28,833 bases of DNA, taken from NCBI GenBank assembly GCA_964553465.1, contig CAZKMG010000001.1:17539-46371 (forward strand), given 5' to 3'. This DNA comes from an uncultured Bacteroidaceae bacterium (GTDB taxonomy: Bacteria > Bacteroidota > Bacteroidia > Bacteroidales > GCA-2748055). The translations under genes and the position numbers were made by a program. Shown piece after piece: positions 1 through 9,643 of this stretch. The notes below the pieces were generated by a model. It was not told the origin of the DNA, did no database searches, and saw only the letters and a list, made by a program, of their open reading frames with translations. Positions within the stretch are counted from its first letter, which is position 1, and every line of letters starts with the position of its first letter.

Positions 1-1
1 A

Positions 2-499
2 GCATTTGATGGAATTGAAAAGAAAATCGGACAACGTCTTAATACACAGGTTGTGGGATACAAGGGAGGTAAATCAATAGACCAGATCGACCGGAAGAAT
101 TTATTACAGTATATATCCCCTCAGGATTTAAAAGCCTTTGGACTTATTCCGGAGATAATAGGCAGGTTGCCGATTCTATCTTACCTGAAGCCTCTTGACA
201 GAGATGCGCTTCGAAGAATTCTCACTGAACCCAGGAATGCTATAATCAAACAATATGAAAAGTTGTTTGAAATGGATAATATCAAACTGAATTGGGATGA
301 AAAAGTGCTAGACTATATTGTTGACAAAGCTATTGAGTTCAAGTTGGGAGCAAGAGGACTAAGATCCATTTGCGAGGTTATTATGATAGACGCTATGTTC
401 GAACTTCCTTCCAAAGAGGAGAAAGAAATTTCAGTAGGGATTTCTTATGCTAGAGAAAAACTGGAAAAGGCTGATCTTAAAAGGTTAAAAGCAGCATAG
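2..499 (+). CDS. clpX: ATP-dependent Clp protease ATP-binding subunit ClpX, C-terminal part (5'-truncated by window edge)
   Basis: The frame is open from nt 2 (AFDGIEKKIGQRLNTQVVGYK...). It carries ClpX motifs PQDLKAFGLIPEIIGRLP, LTEPRNAIIKQY and the sensor-2 GARGLRSI. Confidence 0.96.
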   Translation, partial: AFDGIEKKIGQRLNTQVVGYKGGKSIDQIDRKNLLQYISPQDLKAFGLIPEIIGRLPILSYLKPLDRDALRRILTEPRNAIIKQYEKLFEMDNIKLNWDEKVLDYIVDKAIEFKLGARGLRSICEVIMIDAMFELPSKEEKEISVGISYAREKLEKADLKRLKAA

Positions 500-546
500 T
501 GCAATGAGTTTCCTTGAATGTTACATTTATAATGGTCATGTGTAAT

Positions 547-583
547 AAAAAAAGAGTGCTTATTTTGAGCACTCTCTTTTTTT
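547..583. terminator. Bidirectional intrinsic terminator between convergent clpX and the lipoprotein gene
   Basis: 8-bp stem AGAGTGCT (553-560) / AGCACTCT (568-575) with a 7-nt loop, an A-tract on the left and a T-tract on the right. Confidence 0.85.
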
Positions 584-619
584 CTAATTAAATATATCCA
601 AACTACTCAACCATCAGCA

Positions 620-1465
620 TTATCTATGTAAAATAATAACTATTATTTTATCACCAATTGATATTGTCGCCTTCCGATCGCAGGTATCATCACCATAATC
701 CAGTGTTGCATCAGGGTAACCTGTTCCCGAAATAATAACGGATCCAGAGACAACCCAGGGGCAGTTGTTTTTTACGTGTAATGGGAGTACGATAAGTCTT
801 GAATAGGAATTACCGTTTCTGTTAATCCCTGATGAGGAACCAGTTACCATGTATTCGTCATCCCATCTGAACCTCGGAGTATCATAGCCCGTAATCCATT
901 CACGGGTGCGATTGTATTCTTTGGTAACAACTTTTCCCTCTGGAGAAGTGATCTTACCTTCAACAAGACTAATTGTAAATAAGGGATTTCCACTTTCAGT
1001 TTTGCCTGCTTTTGTAATAGTTTTGGTCCCTTCAATCTTAAAGTCATCAATGAAAAAATTATTAAAAGTAATAGTCCTGGAATATTCTGGGCTAGTTACT
1101 ATATTACTTACAACTACGATAATTTTGCCCTTCCTTACTCTTCCGTAAGGACCAATGCACCCATCTCCAAAATCAATAGTTATAGTTTTTGGCCATGTAA
1201 TTGTATCACCGGGAATATCAACAGTTATAGTTTTACAGGTTTCAAAAACTTCAGATTTACGAAGGTTGCCAAAAATCACATTCTCCATAATTGAAGTGCC
1301 TTCCTCCACCTCGGTGAAAACAGCATCGAACATTTCATCAGCAATGGCATCATCTTCAATGGCAATAACTTGTGGACTCTTTTCATCATCTTTTTGACAA
1401 CTAATTGCACCAGATGCAATTAAAGCTGTTCCTATGAAAATGTAAAGTAATTTTCTTGTTTTCAT
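620..1465 (-). CDS. Uncharacterised Bacteroidota surface lipoprotein
   Basis: 281-aa ORF with an SpII signal (MKTRK..hydrophobic..AISC) followed by QKDDE. The beta-rich body ends in LDYGDDTCDRKATI, a motif seen in a common Bacteroidota hypothetical lipoprotein family. Confidence 0.85.
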   Translation of the reverse strand: MKTRKLLYIFIGTALIASGAISCQKDDEKSPQVIAIEDDAIADEMFDAVFTEVEEGTSIMENVIFGNLRKSEVFETCKTITVDIPGDTITWPKTITIDFGDGCIGPYGRVRKGKIIVVVSNIVTSPEYSRTITFNNFFIDDFKIEGTKTITKAGKTESGNPLFTISLVEGKITSPEGKVVTKEYNRTREWITGYDTPRFRWDDEYMVTGSSSGINRNGNSYSRLIVLPLHVKNNCPWVVSGSVIISGTGYPDATLDYGDDTCDRKATISIGDKIIVIILHR

Positions 1466-1559
1466 ATCTGTTTAATTTTGTTTGACGTGATTTTTTTTTA
1501 TTGTTCAAATCTTTGATTTAAAAAAATCACGAAGGTTTAATTAAAACAGATTTTTTTAA

Positions 1560-3365
1560 TCATTTTTTTAGTATCGCCCAATTTCCTGAATAATATGCTT
1601 TATCTATCAATTTAATAAAATTACTATCATTCTTCACTTTGGCCATAAATCGTAAATCCTGGTATATATAAAAGTTAAGCCAGTAACCATAATCATATTT
1701 TTCCTGCTTGGTACGCGGACTCATATAGAAAGAATACCAATCGGGATTAATTTGGTAATCCCTTGCGATTAAAATTGCCTCCATGGCCCTGTTCCATATC
1801 TTTTCTGTAATCCTGGTAAACAAGTTTTGAAAATCGGTATAATTCATTCCGGAAGTTTGTATTAGCTCACATTTGTCATCTATTTCTAATTCTTTCAATG
1901 AGATTTTGTCTTCCATGATTTTATCTCCATCGAGATCATACTCAATAAGGTCAATAAAACCATTCAGGTCAGTATCAGTATATTTTACCACAGCAAACTT
2001 TTCGGGTTCGAGTTGAATCCGGCTACCTTTCCATCGGTCATAAATACCACCAAATTCCTGAAAGGAAAATGCAGTCTGATCGATTCTCCAGGCTCCCCAT
2101 TCAGCACCGAATAAATGTATCCGATCATCAAAAGTTCCTATATATAGCTGGGCCCTTCCTGAAAAGTCTGCATCCCACTCACCTCTGTCACCCATTTCAT
2201 CTGCCTGGGCATTATTATCAAGCCCCCCTTTATTTCTTCCAAACAGATACAGGTCTTTTGGATCGTAAAACTCAACTCTTTCCCAACGGTTACAATCATC
2301 ATCCTCATCAAATACCAAACAACAATCTGTCCATTGACCTTTATTAAAGATTAAGTCCCACGCAGTTTTCCGATCAGGATATATTAATTCTTCGATCTGC
2401 CTCCACCGGGCATCATAAAAAAATTTATTGGCTTCAGGAAGCCCACGTAAACTTTTGTATGGATGAACCTGATCCGAATAATCGAATCCAGGTCCTTTTA
2501 GCCGAAGACTCATATCAAAATCAAATTCATTCCCCTGGCCATTATCGTTATCCAAATCCCATGAGATCCTTACATCGTCTATTTTTTTTGTGAACAGAAC
2601 ATCGACTTCTTTGTCTACATTCAAAAATTCCTTGTCGATTTTATCCTTTTGTCTGAAATGTGGAGTGTCAACCAATCGGATTGTCCATTCCGATAAGTTA
2701 TCCTCATCTATATCGTAAAAAATAAAAGGATTTTCCCAGCTATAGCGCATGTCTCCTATACGAAAAGAAGAAGCATGCATCTTCAGAAATAAAGTATTTC
2801 CAAGATAATCCTCGAAAAAATTTGAATGTCCACTATGTTCCCAGGCTTGCATCCGGATGGCATTCCAGTTTACGTAATGCTTAATATTATCCTTCTCAAG
2901 ATCAATAAAAAACATAAAATCAGTATCCCAATCGAAAAAATATCGTTTACTTATATCTCCGTTTTGTACAACTAATTGTATATCAGCAATACCATCGCCA
3001 TTCTCATCACTCCAGTCGATACTCAGGTCATTTGGACCGGCAAATATATTATCACGGTTGCGATCGATAAGTAAACAATCATTATCAATATCACCTTCTA
3101 AATCACCTACCTTCATATCATCGTCGTCGTCAACCCAAAGGATAGGGATAGAATCATAGATGAAGGATTTAAGGATGTCAGGATCGGTATCATTATCGAG
3201 ATCAATATACTCAATTTTGGAAGGGTTATTTGCAAGAGGTAATCGCCATGGTGTCAGATATGTATTTCTATTCCAATAGTTTAATGATTGAGTATCCTGA
3301 CAAAAGGCTGAAATTATTAGCACTGAAAATGCTATTGCTGTAAGAAATCTTTTCATGTGTTTCAA
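1560..3365 (-). CDS. Exported Asp-rich hypothetical protein with many Dx[DN]xD-type putative Ca2+-binding loops
   Basis: 601-aa ORF with an N-terminal signal peptide (MKRFLTAIAFSVLIISAFC-Q). Repeated loops include DLDNDTDPD, DENGDGIAD, DIDEDNLSE, DLDNDNGQG, DTDLNGFID and DLDGDKIME. Confidence 0.8.
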   Translation of the reverse strand: MKHMKRFLTAIAFSVLIISAFCQDTQSLNYWNRNTYLTPWRLPLANNPSKIEYIDLDNDTDPDILKSFIYDSIPILWVDDDDDMKVGDLEGDIDNDCLLIDRNRDNIFAGPNDLSIDWSDENGDGIADIQLVVQNGDISKRYFFDWDTDFMFFIDLEKDNIKHYVNWNAIRMQAWEHSGHSNFFEDYLGNTLFLKMHASSFRIGDMRYSWENPFIFYDIDEDNLSEWTIRLVDTPHFRQKDKIDKEFLNVDKEVDVLFTKKIDDVRISWDLDNDNGQGNEFDFDMSLRLKGPGFDYSDQVHPYKSLRGLPEANKFFYDARWRQIEELIYPDRKTAWDLIFNKGQWTDCCLVFDEDDDCNRWERVEFYDPKDLYLFGRNKGGLDNNAQADEMGDRGEWDADFSGRAQLYIGTFDDRIHLFGAEWGAWRIDQTAFSFQEFGGIYDRWKGSRIQLEPEKFAVVKYTDTDLNGFIDLIEYDLDGDKIMEDKISLKELEIDDKCELIQTSGMNYTDFQNLFTRITEKIWNRAMEAILIARDYQINPDWYSFYMSPRTKQEKYDYGYWLNFYIYQDLRFMAKVKNDSNFIKLIDKAYYSGNWAILKK

Positions 3366-3722
3366 TTTTTATTTTTTAAAGTCACGAATATTGTTCCGCA
3401 TTTGCGGGAGATCTTGTGATAAATCCCGAAGGACTCGATGAAGTTCTTTGAATCATGTTAAATTGATGCTTATTTCAAATAAAACAATATATAGCTGAAT
3501 TAATATTTTGTTTGACATTTCAATCACTAAGGATCAAAATTTAATAATTATTTAAGGACAGCAGAATAAATTTAAAGATAATGACAATTCTGAAATACTA
3601 ATAGATTCATTTCTGGATTTTGTTTTCATCCAATAAATACAAATACGGACTTATCCAGTTTGCTCGAAAAATTCTATAATTAGGATTAAAAATTGTCATT
3701 ACATCGGCCAGTAAAAATATCT

Positions 3723-3730
3723 TATATTTG
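3723..3730 (+). promoter_or_regulatory. Bacteroidota primary-sigma -7 element (TAnnTTTG) upstream of the EamA gene
   Basis: TATATTTG ends 18 nt before the ATG at 3749. No clean -33 TTTG at canonical spacing. Confidence 0.5.
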
Positions 3731-3748
3731 TGCGCTTAATAATCTTTA

Positions 3749-4678
3749 ATGCGAACAAGATCAGGTGTTTTATATTCGGGATTAGTTATTTCCATGATGA
3801 TGTGGGGACTAACCTTTGTGTTTTTCAAGGTTGCGCTTGAATCCTATCGACCTATAACCATAATTTTTTTAAGACTCCTGGTATCGGCAATATTTCTTTT
3901 TCTTTTTGCTATGTTGCTCGGGAAACTGCAGCCTGTAAAGAAAAAAGATTATTCTTATATTATTTTATTATCTCTGTTCGAACCTTTTTTTTATTTTTTA
4001 GGTGAAAGTTTCGGCCTTACTTATGTTTCTTCCACCATGGGATCAGTGATTATTTCAACAATTCCATTAGTTGTAACGGTAGCTGCATTTTTTATTTATA
4101 AGGAAAAACTTACCGTTTTAAACTGGGCGGGACTGATCATTTCCTTCCTTGGTGTACTCATCGTTGTTTTATCAAGTGACACTGATATTTCTATGCGCCT
4201 TAAAGGAGTAATTCTCTTGTTTGTAGCAGTATTTTCAGCCGCGGGGTATGGATTGACAGTTCAAAAACTAGCACACAGTTATAATGGATTCACCATTACA
4301 GCTTATCAGAATACTCTGGGAATCATTTGGTTCTTACCTTTTTTCCTCATATTTGATTTTAATAAGTTTCTGGAAACAGTTCCATCTCAATCAGCTTTAT
4401 TGGCGGTCCTTTATCTGGCAATATTCGGGTCATCCATTACATTTATTATATTTACAATGGCCGTCAGAGAACTGGGCGCTTCAAGAGCGAATATTTTCAC
4501 TAATCTGATTCCTGTTTTTACGGCCATTTTTTCTTATTTTCTGTTGCAGGAACCTATGCCTGCACTAAAGGTACTTGGAATTGTAATTGTTTTAACCGGA
4601 TTGTTTATGTCACAGGTAAAGAGTATAAAATTCAAAAAACAAAATCTGCCAGCTGCAAATTACCAGTATCCAGCCTAA
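3749..4678 (+). CDS. DMT/EamA family transporter
   Basis: 309 aa with about 10 hydrophobic segments in two EamA repeats: MWGLTFVFFK..., and YLAIFGSSITF...LGASRANIFTNLIPVF. Confidence 0.92.
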   Translation: MRTRSGVLYSGLVISMMMWGLTFVFFKVALESYRPITIIFLRLLVSAIFLFLFAMLLGKLQPVKKKDYSYIILLSLFEPFFYFLGESFGLTYVSSTMGSVIISTIPLVVTVAAFFIYKEKLTVLNWAGLIISFLGVLIVVLSSDTDISMRLKGVILLFVAVFSAAGYGLTVQKLAHSYNGFTITAYQNTLGIIWFLPFFLIFDFNKFLETVPSQSALLAVLYLAIFGSSITFIIFTMAVRELGASRANIFTNLIPVFTAIFSYFLLQEPMPALKVLGIVIVLTGLFMSQVKSIKFKKQNLPAANYQYPA

Positions 4679-4681
4679 GAT

Positions 4682-5185
4682 ATGAAAGAAAACCTAAAAA
4701 CATTAAGAAGAAAAGCTGCTCAGGCTGAAAGATCTAACAGGGCGTTTTTTAAAAAGCTTTCAAAAAGACCATCAGGAGATCTTGATGATATAACTCATTT
4801 TTTTCATGAGTTAGTATTTAATAAAACAGACTGTCTTCAATGTGCAAACTGCTGCAGGATCCTAGGCCCCAGACTTACTGATCAAGATATTGATCGAGCA
4901 TCTAAATTTCTGAGGCTCAAGCCTTCATTTTTTACATCAGAATATTTGCGTATGGATGAAGACGGTGATTATGTTTTCACACAAATGCCTTGTCCATTTC
5001 TTTTGGAAGATAACAGTTGCTCAATATATAAAAAAAGGCCAAAAGCATGCAGGGAATTCCCACACACAAGCCGTAAAAAATTTTATCAGCTCATCCAAAT
5101 CTCGGTAAAGAATTCTTATATCTGCCCGGCAGTATATGAAATTATTGAAAAATTGAAATTACATTTTTCAAAAACAAAAATTTAA
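4682..5185 (+). CDS. YkgJ family cysteine-cluster (putative Fe-S/Zn) protein
   Basis: Cys pattern CxxCxxCC ... CPFL...CSIY..RPKAC.xFP. Starts 3 nt after the EamA stop. Confidence 0.9.
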   Translation: MKENLKTLRRKAAQAERSNRAFFKKLSKRPSGDLDDITHFFHELVFNKTDCLQCANCCRILGPRLTDQDIDRASKFLRLKPSFFTSEYLRMDEDGDYVFTQMPCPFLLEDNSCSIYKKRPKACREFPHTSRKKFYQLIQISVKNSYICPAVYEIIEKLKLHFSKTKI

Positions 5186-5216
5186 TAGTAAAAGATTTTT
5201 GACGAAATATAGAGAC

Positions 5217-6284
5217 ATGAAGTTTATTTTCATTATTCAGGGAGAGGGGAAGGGACATCATATGCAATCAGTTGCATTTCGGGAGATTCTTGAGGAGGAA
5301 GGTCATGAAATAATCAGAATCTTTTTCGGAAGGAGCCTGAAAAATTTAATTTCCTCTGAAGATAATACTATTCACTCATGGAATTCTGATTTTTTCATAA
5401 GCCCTTACTTTATTTCAACTAAGAAACACCAGGGCATTGATCTCGGGATTACATTTCTAATAAATTTATTGTTAATTCCATTATATCTTATTGAAATTTT
5501 GAGACTTGGAATGAAAATTCGTAATTCAAAACCGGATATTATCATAAATTTTTATGATATAATTGGGGGAATTGCCTGTTTATTTGCAGGTTCTTCAATC
5601 CGGAAATATGTAATTTCTCATCATTTTTTCTTTAGTCATCCGGATTTTAAATGGCCAAGGGATAGGAGGATTGAAAGAATCCTGTTACTTATTCATTCTT
5701 CTATTACTGCATTTTCTGCACAGAAAAAGCTTGCCATTTCTTTTTCGCCCTCCCAGGATATTCCAGAAAAAAAAATTTTTATTACACCACCCTTGATAAG
5801 AAAAAAAATTCTTAAAGCTGATCCCTCAGATGAAGGACATATTCATATTTATACATTATATCCGGGATATTATTTTGAATTGGAGGAATGGTGCAAGAAT
5901 CATCCTGAAATACATGTTAGAATGTTTTCACATTTCAACAAAGTGCCAGCAACAAAATTGAGTAATCTCCAGTATTTTTCTTTCAATACTGATACATTTC
6001 TTGATTCCTTGATTACCTGTTCCAGAACAGTCTGCACTGCAGGTTTTGAAACTCTTGCAGAAGCATCTTTTTTAGGTAAACATCTTGAAGTAGTTCCAAC
6101 TAAGAACCATTTTGAACAGTATTGCAACGCTATTGATCTTGAACGATCAAGATTAGGTAAGAAAAAAAATAGCTTATTACCTTTTCTGCCAATCACAGAC
6201 AGCCCACAGGATCAGCCTCATTTAAGCTTTAAAGAATGGACAGAGAAAGCAGGAAAGGTTTTACTTTCTCATTTAGAGATATGA
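5217..6284 (+). CDS. GT-B glycosyltransferase, MJ1255-like / GT28-related
   Basis: N-terminal MKFIFIIQGEGKGH, INFYD, and C-terminal AGFETLAEA...P..HFEQYCNA. ATG 5217 preferred over the track's TTG at 5199. Confidence 0.85.
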   Translation: MKFIFIIQGEGKGHHMQSVAFREILEEEGHEIIRIFFGRSLKNLISSEDNTIHSWNSDFFISPYFISTKKHQGIDLGITFLINLLLIPLYLIEILRLGMKIRNSKPDIIINFYDIIGGIACLFAGSSIRKYVISHHFFFSHPDFKWPRDRRIERILLLIHSSITAFSAQKKLAISFSPSQDIPEKKIFITPPLIRKKILKADPSDEGHIHIYTLYPGYYFELEEWCKNHPEIHVRMFSHFNKVPATKLSNLQYFSFNTDTFLDSLITCSRTVCTAGFETLAEASFLGKHLEVVPTKNHFEQYCNAIDLERSRLGKKKNSLLPFLPITDSPQDQPHLSFKEWTEKAGKVLLSHLEI

Positions 6285-6385
6285 AATAGTCCATAAATAA
6301 TAGTCTGATTCCTACTACTTGTATTCTTATTATTTGTACACTATTGCTCTTTTTTGTACGTTTATCAAGTGAAAAGTATCCTTTT

Positions 6386-7435
6386 ATGAGGCAGGCTTTA
6401 ATCCTATTTTTTTTTACAGCATTTATTTTCTTAAAAACTCACAGTCAAATAGGAGGGAATTACACCTATGCCTTCCTGAACCTTCCAAATTCTGCACGCG
6501 TTGCTTCTCTTGGAGGGAAATCAGTGGCCATTGTGAATGATGATCTCAATATGGCCTTCCATAATCCTTCTCTTTTGAGTCCTGAAATGGATAAGCAATT
6601 AGTTTTAAATTATGTTGGATATTTTGCAGGTATAAAATATGGATATGTTTCATATGCAAAGGATTATGATTCAAAAGGAACTCTTGCAGCAGGGATACAT
6701 TTTATTCATTATGGGGAATTTATTCGGGCAGACGAACTCGGTAATAAAACTGGCACTTTCACTGCTTCTGAATATGCTATAAACTTAATTTACTCCAAAA
6801 AGATAGATAGTATTTTCATGATCGGCATAACATTAAAACCTGTTTATTCTCATCTGGAGCGATACAATTCATTTGGAATTCTTGCCGATGGAGGAATTAC
6901 TTATTTTAATCCTGAAAATTTATTTACTGCTGCATTTGTATTAAAAAATGTCGGTGCACAGTTAGTCCATTATTACCCTGGAAATAGAGAATTGATGCCC
7001 TTTGAAATACAGGCGGGTGTTTCGCAAAAATTAATCCATGCCCCTTTTAGATTTTCTCTTCTTTTACAACACTTGCAGAAATTTGATATGAAATATAATA
7101 GTCAGATTGAGGAGAATAATGTTTTTAATACTTCTTCAACTACAAAAAATGAAAACAAGATTGAAAATTTCGGAGATCAATTGATGAGGCATGTTATTAT
7201 AGGAATGGAGTTTCTTCCAAGTAAAAATTTCTATATTAACATGGGGTACAATTATCAAAGACGACAGGAGTTAAAAATTCCAGGTAGGATTGGAATGGTT
7301 GGATTCTCATGGGGCTTTGGAATGAAAATAAATAAATATCAAATTAGTTATAGCAGGGCGACCTATCATGTTGCTGGTGCCTCAAATCATTTCTCTTTAA
7401 GCGTAAATTTATCCGAGTTTTACAGGGATAATTAG
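6386..7435 (+). CDS. porQ: Type IX secretion system outer-membrane protein PorQ
   Basis: Signal peptide followed by QIGGNYTYAFLNLPNSARVASLGG...NPSLL, a beta-barrel-like alternating pattern, and YNYQRRQEL...GFSWGFG. Located next to cmk-ispH as in other Bacteroidota. ATG 6386 preferred over 6344. Confidence 0.85.
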   Translation: MRQALILFFFTAFIFLKTHSQIGGNYTYAFLNLPNSARVASLGGKSVAIVNDDLNMAFHNPSLLSPEMDKQLVLNYVGYFAGIKYGYVSYAKDYDSKGTLAAGIHFIHYGEFIRADELGNKTGTFTASEYAINLIYSKKIDSIFMIGITLKPVYSHLERYNSFGILADGGITYFNPENLFTAAFVLKNVGAQLVHYYPGNRELMPFEIQAGVSQKLIHAPFRFSLLLQHLQKFDMKYNSQIEENNVFNTSSTTKNENKIENFGDQLMRHVIIGMEFLPSKNFYINMGYNYQRRQELKIPGRIGMVGFSWGFGMKINKYQISYSRATYHVAGASNHFSLSVNLSEFYRDN

Positions 7436-7438
7436 ATC

Positions 7439-8698
7439 CTACTGGAATGCTGAACACACTTCATCTAATCCTACCCCGAATATTTGTTCACATATTAAAT
7501 CCAGCTTTTTTTTGTCCCCGGAAAGATGAACTGTCCGGTGTATATGGGTAATTGAATTTCCTGGTTCAAGGAAAGCTGCAGGTGAAGAAGTCTCCAGTTC
7601 AAAGTACTCACCAAGTTGGGGCCCATTATCAACCGGACCATCATTGTATGAGTTCAAAACATCACCTGAAAACGGATTTTTTTGAATTTCAAGCATTGAA
7701 TTAACATATTCTGTTACATTTTTCTCCATGCTAATATTTACAATAGTGAGTACATTCGTTTTTTCATTGTAAGTCCCCATATAAGGTAAGGCTCTTTTTG
7801 GACCGATCCCCAGTTTGCTTTTATATTTCCCATCCCCCTTGAAAAACATCACCTGTTCTTTTATAATAAGCCTTTCAGGAGGGATCTTTCCAAAATAATG
7901 ATCATTCACCACCGGTCCTAAGTTCAAAGTATCACCTTGTTTAAAAGGTATAATAATGGTTGTGAACTCAGATGCCTGAAACATGCCAAGTATCCATACA
8001 GATAAAGCACCAGTTTCTCTGGTCCAGGATTTATTACCTGTATTCGTTATTTTATTTATACTCTCAAAAGCAACAAAATCAAGACCTGCCGAATTGACAC
8101 ATAAAACTTTACTTATCTCTTCGATATTCAATAGATTGATTTCACGCTCAACGAGAAGTGTAAATCTATGACCTGAATAATTGAGAAGAGATAAATTTCT
8201 TTTAAAACTTGCAGAAGTATTTGTATGTTGAATAAGATCGAAAGGTTCAATGTCAATTTCTTTGGGCACCTGCCAATTTGATGATTCAAAAGTTACCCCT
8301 GGTTTAAAAAATAATGAGAATTGCCCACCTTCTGGCCCGAGCCAGAAACGGTCCTCTCCTCCGAAAGGATTAATATTTGATTTTACTTCCCTACTATGAA
8401 TCAATTCATGATTTATCCAGCCCAGGCTTATTCCATTATTCCCATTAAAGGAACTTGTCATGACCCTTCCTTGCCATAAGGGACTCACAACTACCATTGA
8501 TTTATTCAGAGAATCATGAAGGATAACAATTTCATGGTGGTTTTTAAGTATTTCAAGATCAAATCCAAAGGAACCAGGCATGAATTCATTAATTATATTT
8601 GATGATGATATTCCAGGATCTTTCTCTTTCCCTGCCTGGTTTCTACATGCATTCAAAGATATGATCGATACGATGATGATAAAAGTTTTTATTTTCAT
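7439..8698 (-). CDS. Lipoprotein of unknown function, DUF6786-like (predicted galactose-mutarotase-like beta-sandwich)
   Basis: SpII signal ending LNAC. Motifs LGWIN, PFGGEDRFWLGPEGGQFSLFF, YNDGP and ELETSSPA. The family name is from recall, not a search. Confidence 0.7.
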   Translation of the reverse strand: MKIKTFIIIVSIISLNACRNQAGKEKDPGISSSNIINEFMPGSFGFDLEILKNHHEIVILHDSLNKSMVVVSPLWQGRVMTSSFNGNNGISLGWINHELIHSREVKSNINPFGGEDRFWLGPEGGQFSLFFKPGVTFESSNWQVPKEIDIEPFDLIQHTNTSASFKRNLSLLNYSGHRFTLLVEREINLLNIEEISKVLCVNSAGLDFVAFESINKITNTGNKSWTRETGALSVWILGMFQASEFTTIIIPFKQGDTLNLGPVVNDHYFGKIPPERLIIKEQVMFFKGDGKYKSKLGIGPKRALPYMGTYNEKTNVLTIVNISMEKNVTEYVNSMLEIQKNPFSGDVLNSYNDGPVDNGPQLGEYFELETSSPAAFLEPGNSITHIHRTVHLSGDKKKLDLICEQIFGVGLDEVCSAFQ

Positions 8699-8906
8699 TT
8701 TAAGTAAAGGAATTATCTTAAAAATAGTTTTTATGTATCTGGTTTACAACATATAATATTTTATAGAAATAAACATAAGAAACCAATCAGCTATAATACA
8801 GGGTACAAAAGAATGATGATAAAATTAAGGCTTATTTGAGTAATATGATAGCTACATTAAAATTTTTTTTGTTTAAAGAGATGCCGGTTTTGAGCATCAA
8901 GTTTAT

Positions 8907-8914
8907 TACATTTG
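8907..8914 (+). promoter_or_regulatory. Bacteroidota -7 promoter element upstream of cmk-ispH
   Basis: TACATTTG ends 18 nt before the cmk ATG. The nearest TTTG (8889-8892) has a short 14-nt spacer. Confidence 0.45.
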
Positions 8915-8932
8915 TAATCCATATCAAGCACT

Positions 8933-9643
8933 ATGAAGCATTCCATTCCCTCTTTGATCATTGCCATTGATGGTTTTTCATCCTCAGGTAAAAGCAGCTT
9001 TGCCAAAGCCATTGCCTCTTTGCTTAATTATCTTTATGTTGATAGTGGGGCCATGTACAGGGCTGTGACCCTTTTTGCTATCAGAGAAAAGATTTTACTG
9101 GATGATCTGGTAGATGAGAAAAGATTGAAAGATGAAATTCCGAAAATTGATCTCAGCTTTAAAATAAGTCCTGAAACCGGGAAAAATGAAATTTTTTTGC
9201 AGGGCAGGAATGTAGAAGAGGAGATAAGAGGAATTGAAGTTTCAGAGTATGTAAGTATTATTAGCAAAATTGCATTGGTTAGAAAGCAGATGGTTTCCAT
9301 GCAGAGAAAACTGGGTGAGAAGAAATCAATTGTTATGGATGGCAGGGATATCGGGACGATAGTATTTCCTTATGCCGACATCAAACTATTTATGACAGCT
9401 GAACCTTTCATAAGGGCAGAAAGAAGATATAATGAATTACTGCAAAAAGGTATTAAAACTACTTTAGATGAAGTGGAAACCAATATACGTGAACGTGATT
9501 TTATTGATCAGAACCGGCAGGAGAGCCCTCTTCGAAAAGCTGATGATGCCATTGTGCTTGATAACAGTTATATGACAATAGATGATCAGATAATATGGTT
9601 TGATAAAATACTAAAAGAAAAGTATAACTTTTCAGTTTTATGA
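8933..9643 (+). CDS. cmk: Cytidylate kinase
   Basis: IAIDGFSSSGKSS P-loop, YVDSGAMYRA, VMDGRDIGTIVFP, and RDFIDQNR..SPLRKADDA. Confidence 0.97.
   Translation: MKHSIPSLIIAIDGFSSSGKSSFAKAIASLLNYLYVDSGAMYRAVTLFAIREKILLDDLVDEKRLKDEIPKIDLSFKISPETGKNEIFLQGRNVEEEIRGIEVSEYVSIISKIALVRKQMVSMQRKLGEKKSIVMDGRDIGTIVFPYADIKLFMTAEPFIRAERRYNELLQKGIKTTLDEVETNIRERDFIDQNRQESPLRKADDAIVLDNSYMTIDDQIIWFDKILKEKYNFSVL

Noticed and set aside
3380-3480. Slightly GC-richer patch upstream of the 601-aa gene; minus-strand frame reads FKELHRVLRDLSQDLPQMRNNIRDFKK
   Set aside because: The frame has no start codon (it follows an in-frame TGA), there is no convincing stem and no recognisable homology.
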